A stretch of DNA of 64,000 nucleotides from Nitrospirota bacterium (GCA_963754875.1 CAVWHO010000008.1:379066-443065), one strand, 5' to 3'; positions 31,230 through 41,085 are shown, counted from the stretch's first letter. Numbers and translations are program-made. Notes: generated from the letters alone by a model not told the origin.

Positions 31230-31357
31230 GATTGCATTGCATCGGCAATGCCGACAAATTGAGAAACTAACAGCTACCTCGTGCTTCTTAACGCTTTGTA
31301 CTATTCTGTATTTCCTCTATCCGACGCCACCCCCTTTCTTTTTATAAGATAGTGTTT

Positions 31358-32333
31358 TCATTCGTAGGACATTCTGAAAACACTGACACCCCGCATGCCC
31401 GCCTGGATGACATAAAGATTATTGTTGCCGTCCATGGCCAGATCAGATGGGATCACTAAATTTTGCGGATTTTTCCCGCGATAGCCGAATTCCGTAACGA
31501 AATTTAAGTTGTTATCAAAGACGGAGACAACGCATCTCAATTTGTCGGACACTACATAGTTCCCCCGGTTGTCCGCTATGATCCCTGAAACAATGCCGAA
31601 TTTCCCAGGTCCGCTGCCCGCCGCACCGAAACTCGCCATAGTACCGTCGGGAGAGAGTCGGTAGGCGCTGAAAAAAACGGGAATCGTGAACAGGATGTTT
31701 CCGTTCTTGTCCAGAGTGAAACCATCCATCTCGACGGATCCTTCGTCCTTCTTCTTAATTTCGAGCTTCGGTGTCAGATCGTAGTTTTTCAATACTAGAC
31801 CCGTTGCATCGGCAACAATGATCTTCAGGGTCCAGAGTATCGGCAAAATAAAAACGCCCTTCCCGATAAAGCATGCGGGTCGGCAAAAAATCAGCAAAAC
31901 CAGCGGGCAGGTTCTTAATCTCAAAACGCTCCAGTGGTTCCGCCCGGTAGGTAGAACGGATAATTTCATACGATTTGGAATCAACTCCGCTCTTATACGA
32001 AAGAGTCAGGATATGACCCTGTTCATCAACTGCGACATCGGCGATCAGGCCGAGTCTCATGTCATTATTAAAACGATCTATCTCGATCCCAACACTATTG
32101 AAAACGGTTAATACATTCGAGCACAAAACGTAAATCTCATTCCTTGTCGGGTCAGCGAATACCCGTCCGCCTTCAGACCGGATGGGACCGGTTACGTCGG
32201 CAAGGGGATAAAGGAAATGGGCAGCTATAGACGATCCGGTTGACGCTGTTGCGGAAAATGCCTGCATCAACAGACAGAGACAAACAAGAAGAGCAACCGA
32301 TAACAGGTTATTTTTAAATATTCTGGTAGCCAT
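31358..32333 (-). CDS. Exported NHL/6-bladed beta-propeller protein upstream of omcS, split by a frameshift near 31835
   Basis: ORF 31755-32333 (signal peptide ... GRFYFADTL) continues in ORF 31358-31984 (TLKIIVADATG ... FGAAGSGPGKFG ... LVIPSDLAMDG). Removing one base joins them. Confidence 0.8.
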
Positions 32334-32359
32334 ATTCAGCCTCTTGCAGAAAGTTAATT

Positions 32360-32375
32360 TGCATAAGGGATGCCA
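32360..32375 (-). promoter_or_regulatory. Sigma54 -24/-12 promoter for the NHL-omcS operon
   Basis: Minus strand TGGCAT-CCCTT-ATGCA (GG-N10-GC), 27 bp upstream of the start codon. Confidence 0.7.
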
Positions 32376-32579
32376 TTGTCGGGGCAGTTAGTAAGTTAAT
32401 TAAAACAAGCCATTATGTTTGGGAGGAAATGCATGCGAGTGGGGATATTGGTGAATTTACTAAGACGGTTGGTGTTTTTTCTGATTCAAGCTGGCATCCT
32501 TTTCCCCGGGGAGAACGGAAAAAAGGATGCCACTAAACTCATATGTTAAGCCCTCACAAGAAATGACGGAAGAGCTCAG

Positions 32580-32713
32580 TAGCAGTCTTTTTAAAAACCT
32601 CTTGCACCCTTTGACAGGCTCAGGGCAAACGGGTGGAAACGTTGAAGATTGGCTTTTATCGGTTCGTAGTGAGCCTGCCGGAACACTTAAAACACTTTTT
32701 CAACAGCTTAGTA
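32580..32713. mobile_element. Degenerate MITE/REP-like element
   Basis: Imperfect ends TAGCAGTCTTTTTAAAAA / TTTTTCAACAGCTTAGTA (12/18 match) enclosing an inverted pair CCCTTTGACAGGCTCAGGGCAAAC and GTTCGTAGTGAGCCTGCCGGAAC. Confidence 0.45.
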
Positions 32714-32840
32714 GGAATGGGATGCCCGGTCGGTTGGCGGGAATGTGTTGGCAAAGGCTGCTGAGGATTTATATCGTGCCTAGTCTACGTTAGACCGTAA
32801 GATACGGCAACTATTCTACTCTACCGATAAAGTTTGAGCC

Positions 32841-33761
32841 CTAGCGAGGACTGCTACTCTTGACCTCGCCCAGCTTTTTATAGGCACCCTCGAGGTAATG
32901 GCGCGCCCCGGCGTGTCCTGGTTCAATCTGCAATGCAGTCTGGAACTCTCTGATAGCGTCGTCCATGCGTCCCTCATACTGAAAAGCCAAACCAAGGTTT
33001 TTGTGCACTTCGGCGTTTCGGGGTCCCAATGCGAGGGCCTGCTGAAAAGCGCTGATGGCGTCATCAAAGCGGCCTTGTTTCGCATAAACAATCCCCAGGT
33101 TGTTATATGCCTCGGCACCCTGGGGCTGGCTTTTTATCGCTTCCTGGAATTCAGCAATGGCCTCCCGGAAAATCACCCTGTTCCCGTACAGGAGCCCCAG
33201 GTTGTTGTGGGCCTCGGCGTAGTCGGGCTTGGACCTGATTGCTGCCCGATATTCCCGCACTGCGTCTTCGAGCAGACCCTGCGCTTCAAAGGCGATGCCG
33301 AGATTGTAATGCGCAGCGGCATTCGCGGGGTCTGATTGCAGAGCACGCTGAAATTCACGGAGCGCCTCACTCACCTGCCCCTGCTTGACATAGATGATCC
33401 CCAGATTGGTGTGCGCTCCGGCATCTTCCGGGTCTTCACGGAGCACGGATTGAAACTCCCCAAACGCCTCTTCGAAGCGGCCCAGCTTTCCATAGATGCT
33501 TCCGAGATTGTTTTGCGCTCTAACCGCATTGGGGTCATTAAAGCCGGCCGGCACTGCCCTGATCGCGGTCTGGTATTCCCTGATCGCCTCTTCGTAACGC
33601 CCGGAACGGTCGTAATAGTGGCCCAGATTATAATGAGGCCGGGTTTTTGTCGGACTTTTCTCCACCGTATCAGACCACAGCCGCTGTTCATCCAGCCACG
33701 TTATATTCCTCACGAATGTCGCAGTAGTCAACAAAAGGAGTATCCCGGCGACGGTGGACAT
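32841..33761 (-). CDS. Membrane-anchored TPR protein resembling the C-terminal half of TMTC-type proteins
   Basis: One TM, TFVRNITWLDEQRLWSDTVEKSP, then about 7 TPRs (HYNLG, QNNLG, HTNLG...). Start uncertain. Confidence 0.85.
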   Translation of the reverse strand: MSTVAGILLLLTTATFVRNITWLDEQRLWSDTVEKSPTKTRPHYNLGHYYDRSGRYEEAIREYQTAIRAVPAGFNDPNAVRAQNNLGSIYGKLGRFEEAFGEFQSVLREDPEDAGAHTNLGIIYVKQGQVSEALREFQRALQSDPANAAAHYNLGIAFEAQGLLEDAVREYRAAIRSKPDYAEAHNNLGLLYGNRVIFREAIAEFQEAIKSQPQGAEAYNNLGIVYAKQGRFDDAISAFQQALALGPRNAEVHKNLGLAFQYEGRMDDAIREFQTALQIEPGHAGARHYLEGAYKKLGEVKSSSPR

Positions 33762-33858
33762 CCTCACGAGCGTGTTGACATTTCCCCCTTTGTCCCTGGT
33801 AGACCCCGGGCCTGGCGCCTCTTTTGCGCTCCCTCCCCCTGGCGGAAAGCACTCTGCT

Positions 33859-36800
33859 CTACGACCCATGATATGCCTGCACTTTCGCCCTAATGTCGTC
33901 CTGGATCCTTTCCATCGTAATTCCCTCAGCGGGGTACTCCTGCCCCTGACTGCGGCTCAATTCCGCTTGCCTGCGGTAGGTGGTTTGAATAACAAGGAAT
34001 ACGTCTTGTACGAATTTCCGTATTTGCGAGTTGAGGTCCGGACCGGAGAGATACGCCTGACCAAAAATCTTTTTCGCGGCATTGTCAACAAAGATGACGG
34101 CCGCCCTTTCTTCGCCTGCCCGCACGATCACGGCGGAAATTTCGATAACTACGTTCTCCCCGCCGGCGCTTCGCAGGGGAAACGGTATTTTTTGAAGCAG
34201 CGCCGGGACATGCGACTGCGCTTCGAGATATTCTTTATGAAGAAACCGTCCCGGCGCAAACTCCGGGTATTTTTTGTCCGATTCCGCCAGGTAAATCCTG
34301 AACTCCGGTTCGTCGTCGTGTCCCCCGATGAACAACGCTCGCGCGCGGTCTTCAATCATGGCGGCCGACGCGTTCGAGTTCCACTTTCTCATCTGCGCTT
34401 CTCGAAATTTTCCCTGCGCTTCAGGAACGAGATAGGGAAGAATGCTCTCCCGGTATCGGGCTATGACAGAGAGATTGTATCCCATGGTATTTATGCCGAC
34501 GGAAGCGGGGGTGGAGAATTCGAGATATAAATTATCGTCGGTATTGATCACGCCGCCGGAACTGAACGCCGCCATTGCATTTGTCCCCATGACAAAGTAG
34601 CTGAGAAAGTCCGTCGCTGAACCCATGGATACCTGCTCAAGATCATTGAGAAGGGGAGGATAAGATATGCGTCGTTCCAGCTCTTTTTCATCTATGATGA
34701 TCGGGGAATTGCTCCCGATGAGTTCCACATCATGCGCCGTCAGCCATGCCATCGTATATCTAAAATGCAGAGAGAACGTCCTCACAATGGATTTCAAGTC
34801 TTCTACTTTCAGCTCGTAGATCGGCAACCACTGGCACATAATGCCATCAGGCAGGAGATGCTCGGAAGCTATCCTAAAATACTCGTCAGTATAAAGATAT
34901 CCCGACCCCTGGGTCCAGGGATGAATCGGGTCCGCAGTGATCACGTCGTACTTGTTCTTCGTGGTCATCAAAAAGTTCCGGCCGTCATTGAATATAATTT
35001 TGAGTTTCGGGTTGTCGAGAACGTAGTGGTTGTATTTGCCGAAGGTTCTGGCGCAGCCCGTAACGTTCGGTTCTATCTCCGCGAGGGTGAGGTCTTTCAC
35101 GCTCGGATGGATCGAAACAGCTCCAGCGGTCATTCCGGTTCCGAGGCCGACGACAAGCACTTTTTGCGGATTTTTGTGGAGCAGCATCGGAAGATGACCA
35201 AGAGCCAACTGGCACTGCCGGTCGCCGAGTGATGCCGATGCAACGACCTTTCCGTTGACCAGTACCGCCTGGTTGCCTCCCTTTACTTTGATTGAGCTGA
35301 TGGTCGAATTCACCCCTTCATGGTAATAGAGCACATCGGTGTTCGCGATGGCATCCTGTTTCTTTTCCGGTGTGTCATAAGCTGCCGGCAAGTTGTTCTG
35401 GAAAATGGCGAAAAACTTGGCATCCCATACTCTCAAGGTGTTGTGACTGGTCATAAGAAACAGGAGAGATGCCAGCGTCAGAACTCCGCAGGCAATGCTC
35501 ATGACTTTGCTGTTCTTAGTACTGAGGATGATGAGAAGTCCGGCCCCGATATTAACGACGGTCAGAAATTGAAGGGACCGTTCAAGGCCCAAGAGGTAGA
35601 TCAAGACAAAACCGCTCACGGCCGACCCCAAAATCGAACCAACAGTGTTGTATGCCAGAACATTCCCGACTGCATAGCCGATTCTTTTTCTGTAATGAGC
35701 GATGACCGTGCCCGCCAGGGGAAATGCCGACCCCATAAAAAAAGCCGGAACGAACATATAAGAAAAAGCAAGCGTCATATTTGCCCATTGACGGGCATCA
35801 AAAACGCTCATTCCCCGGGATAAATAAAATGAGTTTAACGAAAGGGCATGGACCGGAAGATCGCGGATATTAATCGTTACAAAAAGCGCTGTAACGCCTA
35901 TAATGCACTGTACGATCCCGAAGCGAAGGGTCCGGCTTAATATCTCATTCTTGACCGAGGGGAATAATCTGTGGAAGAGTCCATAGGACCCGCTGCCGAA
36001 GGCGATGCCGGCCAGAAAGGCAACGAGCATGATCGTAAAACCGTACACGCTTGTGCCGATGGTCAGGGTAAGGATCCTGGTCCAAAGGACCTCATAGCCG
36101 AGGGCGCAGAAACCGCTGACACCGATACCCAAGAGAACCATTTTCACAGGATAAGCGTAAGTTAGTGTATTTTTTTCGTCCTCTTCCCTGACCACATTCT
36201 CCTCAGCATTTTTTTCGAAATTATCATTTCCCTGCATTGAATTGTCATGAATAGCTGATGCGCGTCCCGATAAGAGTACGGCGGCAAACCCGACCAGCAT
36301 ATTCATCACGATTGCCGTATGCAGGGTCATGCTGACCGAATAGAGCCGGAGCAGATAAAATCCGGCCGTCATCGTCCCTGCAACGGCCCCCAGGGTATTG
36401 AAGCCATACAGGAGGGACAGTTGCGTCCCCATTTTCACGGAGTTTCTTGAGACAAACCGCGTCAGGACCGGAAGGGTCCCGCCCATGAGTGTTGTGGGAA
36501 CGAGCAATGCGAAGACGGAGAAGGCAGCTCGCACCAATGTGAGATACAAACGGTGATCCTCGTGTCCCTGGGCCAGGTAGATATAAACGGAAGGATAGAT
36601 TTTCATCAAACCGCTAAATGCCAGCGCCGAAAGGGCAATGCCGATCTCAAGATACCCGTACAATCGCAGCGGTTTCTTTATCCGGTCAACGGATCTGCCG
36701 ATGGCATAGCTGCCGAGTGCCAGCCCTGCCATGAAGACCGATAAGACGACGGTGACTGCCAGATGAGTGCCGCCGAAAATAAGGCTCAAAGAGCGCACCC

Positions 36801-36882
36801 ATACGACTTCGTACATCAGCGATGCCGAGCCTGAAAGGAAAAAAAGAGCGTATACCAATCCTAACGTTAAATAAAAGTACAT
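33859..36882 (-). CDS. Fused membrane (MFS-like) / spermidine-synthase-like protein
   Basis: SGSASLMYEVVWVR, LYGFNTLGA, VGLGTGMT, AEIEPNV, NDGRNFL, DVITADP and NTDDNLYLEF motifs; GGAGGAG RBS before ATG 36882. Confidence 0.9.
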   Translation of the reverse strand: MYFYLTLGLVYALFFLSGSASLMYEVVWVRSLSLIFGGTHLAVTVVLSVFMAGLALGSYAIGRSVDRIKKPLRLYGYLEIGIALSALAFSGLMKIYPSVYIYLAQGHEDHRLYLTLVRAAFSVFALLVPTTLMGGTLPVLTRFVSRNSVKMGTQLSLLYGFNTLGAVAGTMTAGFYLLRLYSVSMTLHTAIVMNMLVGFAAVLLSGRASAIHDNSMQGNDNFEKNAEENVVREEDEKNTLTYAYPVKMVLLGIGVSGFCALGYEVLWTRILTLTIGTSVYGFTIMLVAFLAGIAFGSGSYGLFHRLFPSVKNEILSRTLRFGIVQCIIGVTALFVTINIRDLPVHALSLNSFYLSRGMSVFDARQWANMTLAFSYMFVPAFFMGSAFPLAGTVIAHYRKRIGYAVGNVLAYNTVGSILGSAVSGFVLIYLLGLERSLQFLTVVNIGAGLLIILSTKNSKVMSIACGVLTLASLLFLMTSHNTLRVWDAKFFAIFQNNLPAAYDTPEKKQDAIANTDVLYYHEGVNSTISSIKVKGGNQAVLVNGKVVASASLGDRQCQLALGHLPMLLHKNPQKVLVVGLGTGMTAGAVSIHPSVKDLTLAEIEPNVTGCARTFGKYNHYVLDNPKLKIIFNDGRNFLMTTKNKYDVITADPIHPWTQGSGYLYTDEYFRIASEHLLPDGIMCQWLPIYELKVEDLKSIVRTFSLHFRYTMAWLTAHDVELIGSNSPIIIDEKELERRISYPPLLNDLEQVSMGSATDFLSYFVMGTNAMAAFSSGGVINTDDNLYLEFSTPASVGINTMGYNLSVIARYRESILPYLVPEAQGKFREAQMRKWNSNASAAMIEDRARALFIGGHDDEPEFRIYLAESDKKYPEFAPGRFLHKEYLEAQSHVPALLQKIPFPLRSAGGENVVIEISAVIVRAGEERAAVIFVDNAAKKIFGQAYLSGPDLNSQIRKFVQDVFLVIQTTYRRQAELSRSQGQEYPAEGITMERIQDDIRAKVQAYHGS

Positions 36883-36907
36883 GGTTACCCTCTCCTCCCT
36901 GATGCCA

Positions 36908-37729
36908 TCAAGTTGAGGAAACACTCATCGGTCGGACATATGGTAATGAGAAAACCTGATCGGAAACTGAAGCTTTGTGGACAGCATCCTGATGCGGACC
37001 TTGCCGTATGCAGGAGGAGTAATCAGCCGTCGAACTCCTGTTTATTTTTTTTAACATAGCAGAAAAATGCCATTCTGGACGAAGAAGGCTTCTAATAATG
37101 GGAATGTGGGCGTATATCTGGATACCGATATTCATTTTTTTTATTTCAAAGTTCAGTTCCTCACAGAGTTGTTTGAAATATGCAATTGTAAAATATTTTT
37201 CCGGCAAAGGAACGCCGTATCCCCAATTGCCGACGAAATCCATAATTTTAAGCATCCACCTCGAGTAACATGAATATTCAAAGCTATCCTTGATGATAAC
37301 AATTTTCCCGATCCTGTGTGCTTCTTTCAATAAATGCACAGCATTTGAATTCGCATGGTGAAGCGCGTCGCAGAACAAGACTATATCTACGGAATCATCA
37401 TCGAAAGGCAAGTCCTTGCCGTTAAATTTCCGATAGTTGCTCCACTTCGCACTCTGCCTAAGGTGCTCGGGCAAATCATAGATGTCCAAGCATTCCCAGA
37501 CAGTTCCGGGGACATGTTCTGCAATTCGCTCCTGGATCCCGAGGTCTCCGCAGCCAACGTCCAAGCACCTGACATTTTTATTATCGCCTACCAGTTCTTT
37601 AAAATAGATCGTGAGTTGATCAGACAGGACGTCTATCCTTTTGGCATGAGATATTTTCCCATGAATAACATTGAGCGCCCTATGAACAAAGTTTAATTCG
37701 TGGCTGGTTTTAGCAATGGGAGAACTCAT
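36908..37729 (-). CDS. Class I SAM-dependent methyltransferase
   Basis: LDVGCGD, LPFDDDSVDIVLFCDALHH and LLKEAHRIG motifs. Confidence 0.88.
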   Translation of the reverse strand: MSSPIAKTSHELNFVHRALNVIHGKISHAKRIDVLSDQLTIYFKELVGDNKNVRCLDVGCGDLGIQERIAEHVPGTVWECLDIYDLPEHLRQSAKWSNYRKFNGKDLPFDDDSVDIVLFCDALHHANSNAVHLLKEAHRIGKIVIIKDSFEYSCYSRWMLKIMDFVGNWGYGVPLPEKYFTIAYFKQLCEELNFEIKKMNIGIQIYAHIPIIRSLLRPEWHFSAMLKKINRSSTADYSSCIRQGPHQDAVHKASVSDQVFSLPYVRPMSVSST

Positions 37730-37952
37730 AAGGCCCCTTCTGAAGTACGATTGCTCTCGCTTCCCCTCGGTTATTTAAAGCTTATCAGGAATACAGTCAA
37801 TTCAGCAGCATTTAGCCATTTTAAGACAGATGGTAATAATGTTATTTATTTCTTCAGGAGAATCCTGTACCGCTATGAGCATTTTCAACGACAGCGTCAC
37901 TTGACAATTCATCAAGCATGCTCGGAACCTCACTCTTTATCAGACATGCGTG

Positions 37953-39449
37953 CTAAGGTGATGTTGTCCCCAGGTCAAACAGCGTCCACGTTTCTGTGGC
38001 AAGAAGCGTCCGCACTCCCGCCTGAGAAACCAATTGAGAGAATAGTTTGTCTGCCTTCGGTGAGCTGAAGCCGAGCACGTACCGTGCCCCAAAACGGCGT
38101 CGGATCAATTCAGCGGAGCCGTCAGGAGGCTCGTGGCATATTTGATACCAGAGACGGTAGCGTTCCGGGTCTTGTTTATATAAAAAAGTCGGGTCAAGAC
38201 CCACAATAAAACGACGGTCTGGCAGTGTCAACATGTACAATCCGGTGAATTCCCAATCAGTGGTGAATACTTGTGCCCCCTTGGGAATTTGCTGCTGAAG
38301 AAAAGATGCGACATCCTGAGGCATAAAATTCTGGCGCTTTGACAGCCCCATAAAAAATCCAGAGCCGACCCAGATGAGGTAGATCATCGAAACGCAGAGA
38401 ACCGCGTGTGGAAGGAAACGCCATTTTATCGAGCGCGATGCGAGTGCCATAGCTGCAACGGAAAAAGGAACATAATATTCAGAAAAACGCGCTGACCTTA
38501 TGGTGAGAACACAAAAACCCAGTGCCGCGAGCGCAAATGCAAGGGTCACCCTGTCATTTCGTCTGTTTTTCCATGCAATGATGCTCGCCGTAATGGTCAT
38601 AAGCACGCTGAAGAGCAGACCTTGGATCCACGCAGGAAAGGGGTAGGGTTTAAGCTCGTTAATCTGGTCAAATCCAACCTTGCTGCCCCAACTTTGCTGA
38701 AAGAGCAAATCGACCATTTCCATCCAGTTAATGCTTACTAGATTTGCGGCATTGGGGTGGATGGCTATGCCCGCGGCAATCCCTCCAGCTGCTACGGCTG
38801 CAGGCTTCCACTGAACCCGGCCCCCTGACAGGAAACGTGCCGCTTCTGCGGCCATAAGGAGCAAAAATGGGAGTTGCCAGTACGCAACATAGGCCCAGGG
38901 ATAAATCATCGACACTGCAGCAAGGACCAAGAATCTGCCTTGCAACGCTGCCAACAGAAACAGGAGCCCCAAAGGAATAGACAGAAGATGAGGTCTCACA
39001 AGAACAAAGCGAAAGAGGAAAATGACCGAACCCGACAAACAAATCAGAGTCCACAGGCCGGGGTAACGCACATTTTCTGTGCGTAAGAGGTAATACACGG
39101 TCAAGAGCAATGTTGTGCCAGCCAGTGTGCCGACAATCTGTGACGCAGTAATCCAGTCGAGACCGGCAAAAGGAACGAAAAGCAGATGAAAGAGAAGTTC
39201 CTTATCTGCGTAATGGCTGGCCATCCAGCTAAAGGGGGTCCAGGGGAAAGCTTTGAGGAACCCATGACTCCTTATAAGCTGGCCTACGGCGGCATGGTAG
39301 GCAGTGTCGTCGTCCCAGGGATAGGCAATATTGAACTGAAGGCCAGCAGCAATCATCAAAAATAGAAAGGCCCAACCAACGATAGACCAGCGGCTCATCT
39401 GGAATTGTTTTGCATATCGCGCTCTTAGATCACCGATTAATTCTGCCAT
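37953..39449 (-). CDS. Polytopic membrane protein, probable GT-C-fold glycosyltransferase
   Basis: About 11 TM segments, acidic first loop (YPWDDDTAYH), RPHLLS, soluble C-terminal domain; next to a GT2 gene. Confidence 0.65.
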   Translation of the reverse strand: MAELIGDLRARYAKQFQMSRWSIVGWAFLFLMIAAGLQFNIAYPWDDDTAYHAAVGQLIRSHGFLKAFPWTPFSWMASHYADKELLFHLLFVPFAGLDWITASQIVGTLAGTTLLLTVYYLLRTENVRYPGLWTLICLSGSVIFLFRFVLVRPHLLSIPLGLLFLLAALQGRFLVLAAVSMIYPWAYVAYWQLPFLLLMAAEAARFLSGGRVQWKPAAVAAGGIAAGIAIHPNAANLVSINWMEMVDLLFQQSWGSKVGFDQINELKPYPFPAWIQGLLFSVLMTITASIIAWKNRRNDRVTLAFALAALGFCVLTIRSARFSEYYVPFSVAAMALASRSIKWRFLPHAVLCVSMIYLIWVGSGFFMGLSKRQNFMPQDVASFLQQQIPKGAQVFTTDWEFTGLYMLTLPDRRFIVGLDPTFLYKQDPERYRLWYQICHEPPDGSAELIRRRFGARYVLGFSSPKADKLFSQLVSQAGVRTLLATETWTLFDLGTTSP

Positions 39450-39483
39450 GGTATACAACAACCCCTAACATCTCCAGAAAAGG

Positions 39484-40677
39484 TCATTCTATGTTTCTCT
39501 GAATTAGTGCTTCATTGACTTTACTTCCTGCAGTGCTGCTGGTCTTGAGAAACAAAACCGAAAGCATGAAGCCGTTAAAAAGAGCCTGCCCTGATATCGT
39601 GATAAGAGAAAGCGCCGGAATAACCCGCCTCATGGTCACCCGATAATCGAGGTCAGGAAAACCGGCCCGGTACCAATCCCAGAAGGTCACAAAAAAGACA
39701 ATGATTCCGACCAATCCAACTGCCAGGCCGACCGCGAGAAGTTTTTCAAGAGTGAGTTTTTTCAACTTCTCGACAAAAGCGGCATTGGTCGGAAGGATGC
39801 CAAAAAGATAGGCATATAATTTCGCGAAGAGTCCCGTGAAAACGGTCTGGATTCCGAGAACTGCCAGAAAAGCCATGGTGAGAAGCGTATGCACGTCGAG
39901 GTTGGCCCTGCCTACGCGTATCGGACCGTGAAGCAGCAGCATGACAAGAAAAAGGGCAGCCATTACGAGAGTAAGCCCGGGGTACATAAACAGCCAATTC
40001 GGAGCGTATAGGAGCATAAAACGAAGATGACGCCAGCCGTCACGTATGCGTCTGAGATGGGGAGGTCGGTTTCGACCATCCTTGTATAGAGTAATCGGGA
40101 CCTCGGTCATTTTAAGGTTATTTAGCCTGCTCTTGATAACTTGCTCCGACGCCCACTCCATGCCGGTCGTGACCAGTCCGATGCCGAGGACTTTATCACG
40201 TCTGAACGATCGCATTCCGCAATGAAAATCACTCATCTGTATATCAAAAAAAAGTCTGCCGATAAAGGTGAGAACGGGGTTGCCGAGGTAACGGTTCAGC
40301 GCCGGCATCGCTTTCGGCATAATGGTCCCTTTTATACGCGTTCCCATGCAAACATCATAACCTTCCTCGAGTTTTTGCAACAAGGAATAAGCCTCGTCAA
40401 AGTGGTAGCTGTCGTCACTGTCCGCCATGATGATGTATTCACCCCTTGCCTGTTCAATTCCATATTGCAACGCCGCACCATAACCTCGTATCGGGCAATG
40501 GACAACTCTCGCACCGAGATTCTGAGCAATTTCTCGGCTGCCGTCCGTTGAACCGTTGTCCGACACTAATACTTCTCCTTCAATTTTGTATTTTTCAATG
40601 AGATTTTTAGCTCTTTGGATACACGTCGGCAATGTTACCGCTTCATTCAAGCAGGGCATGAGGATAGAAAGCTTCAT
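39484..40677 (-). CDS. GT2 polyprenol-phosphate sugar synthase with C-terminal TM helices
   Basis: SILMPCLNEA, SDNGSTDGS, RGYGAAL, MADSDDSY, SDFHCGMR and DGWRHLRFML motifs. Confidence 0.92.
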   Translation of the reverse strand: MKLSILMPCLNEAVTLPTCIQRAKNLIEKYKIEGEVLVSDNGSTDGSREIAQNLGARVVHCPIRGYGAALQYGIEQARGEYIIMADSDDSYHFDEAYSLLQKLEEGYDVCMGTRIKGTIMPKAMPALNRYLGNPVLTFIGRLFFDIQMSDFHCGMRSFRRDKVLGIGLVTTGMEWASEQVIKSRLNNLKMTEVPITLYKDGRNRPPHLRRIRDGWRHLRFMLLYAPNWLFMYPGLTLVMAALFLVMLLLHGPIRVGRANLDVHTLLTMAFLAVLGIQTVFTGLFAKLYAYLFGILPTNAAFVEKLKKLTLEKLLAVGLAVGLVGIIVFFVTFWDWYRAGFPDLDYRVTMRRVIPALSLITISGQALFNGFMLSVLFLKTSSTAGSKVNEALIQRNIE

Positions 40678-40793
40678 AAAATAGCCACCTCGTTAGTTCG
40701 GCGATAAAAAACGGCTTTTCATTACCGGTCGGGCAGACGTTTCAAGTTGGATGGGCAGTGACATTGAAAAGCTCTGAATTATAAATCTCTATA

Positions 40794-40809
40794 CGCAATA
40801 TAAATGCCA
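40794..40809 (-). promoter_or_regulatory. Sigma54 -24/-12 promoter for the GT2 / GT-C / MTase / spermidine-synthase-like / TPR operon
   Basis: Minus strand TGGCAT-TTATA-TTGCG. Confidence 0.72.
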
Positions 40810-41000
40810 AAATAAAAGACGGTTTCATAAACATAAATACAAGCATTTGTATATAAAGAATTTTATTGTTATGTTTCAAGTTGGTAAAATGACCGAACGC
40901 AACAGGGAATTTCACCATAAATACTCGTCAATTCTTGTCAAAAAAGATTCAGTATGCATAAATCAGTGGGAAAAAGAACATATTTAAAACATTAGTAAAA

Positions 41001-41016
41001 TGGCATGGTTATTGCT
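41001..41016 (+). promoter_or_regulatory. Sigma54 -24/-12 promoter for REC-PilZ copy 1
   Basis: TGGCAT-GGTTA-TTGCT. Confidence 0.75.
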
Positions 41017-41085
41017 TTTGTGGCAATTATAATAAAATATAATTAAAATTAATTTTTTTTTAAGGATGACAACAACCACGATCAT

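Noticed and set aside
31230..31357. Possible second tandem riboswitch or leader peptide upstream of the omcS aptamer (SD-like AAAGGGGGTG, dyad TCGGCAATGCCGA)
   Set aside because: No GEMM core motifs and no properly spaced start codon.
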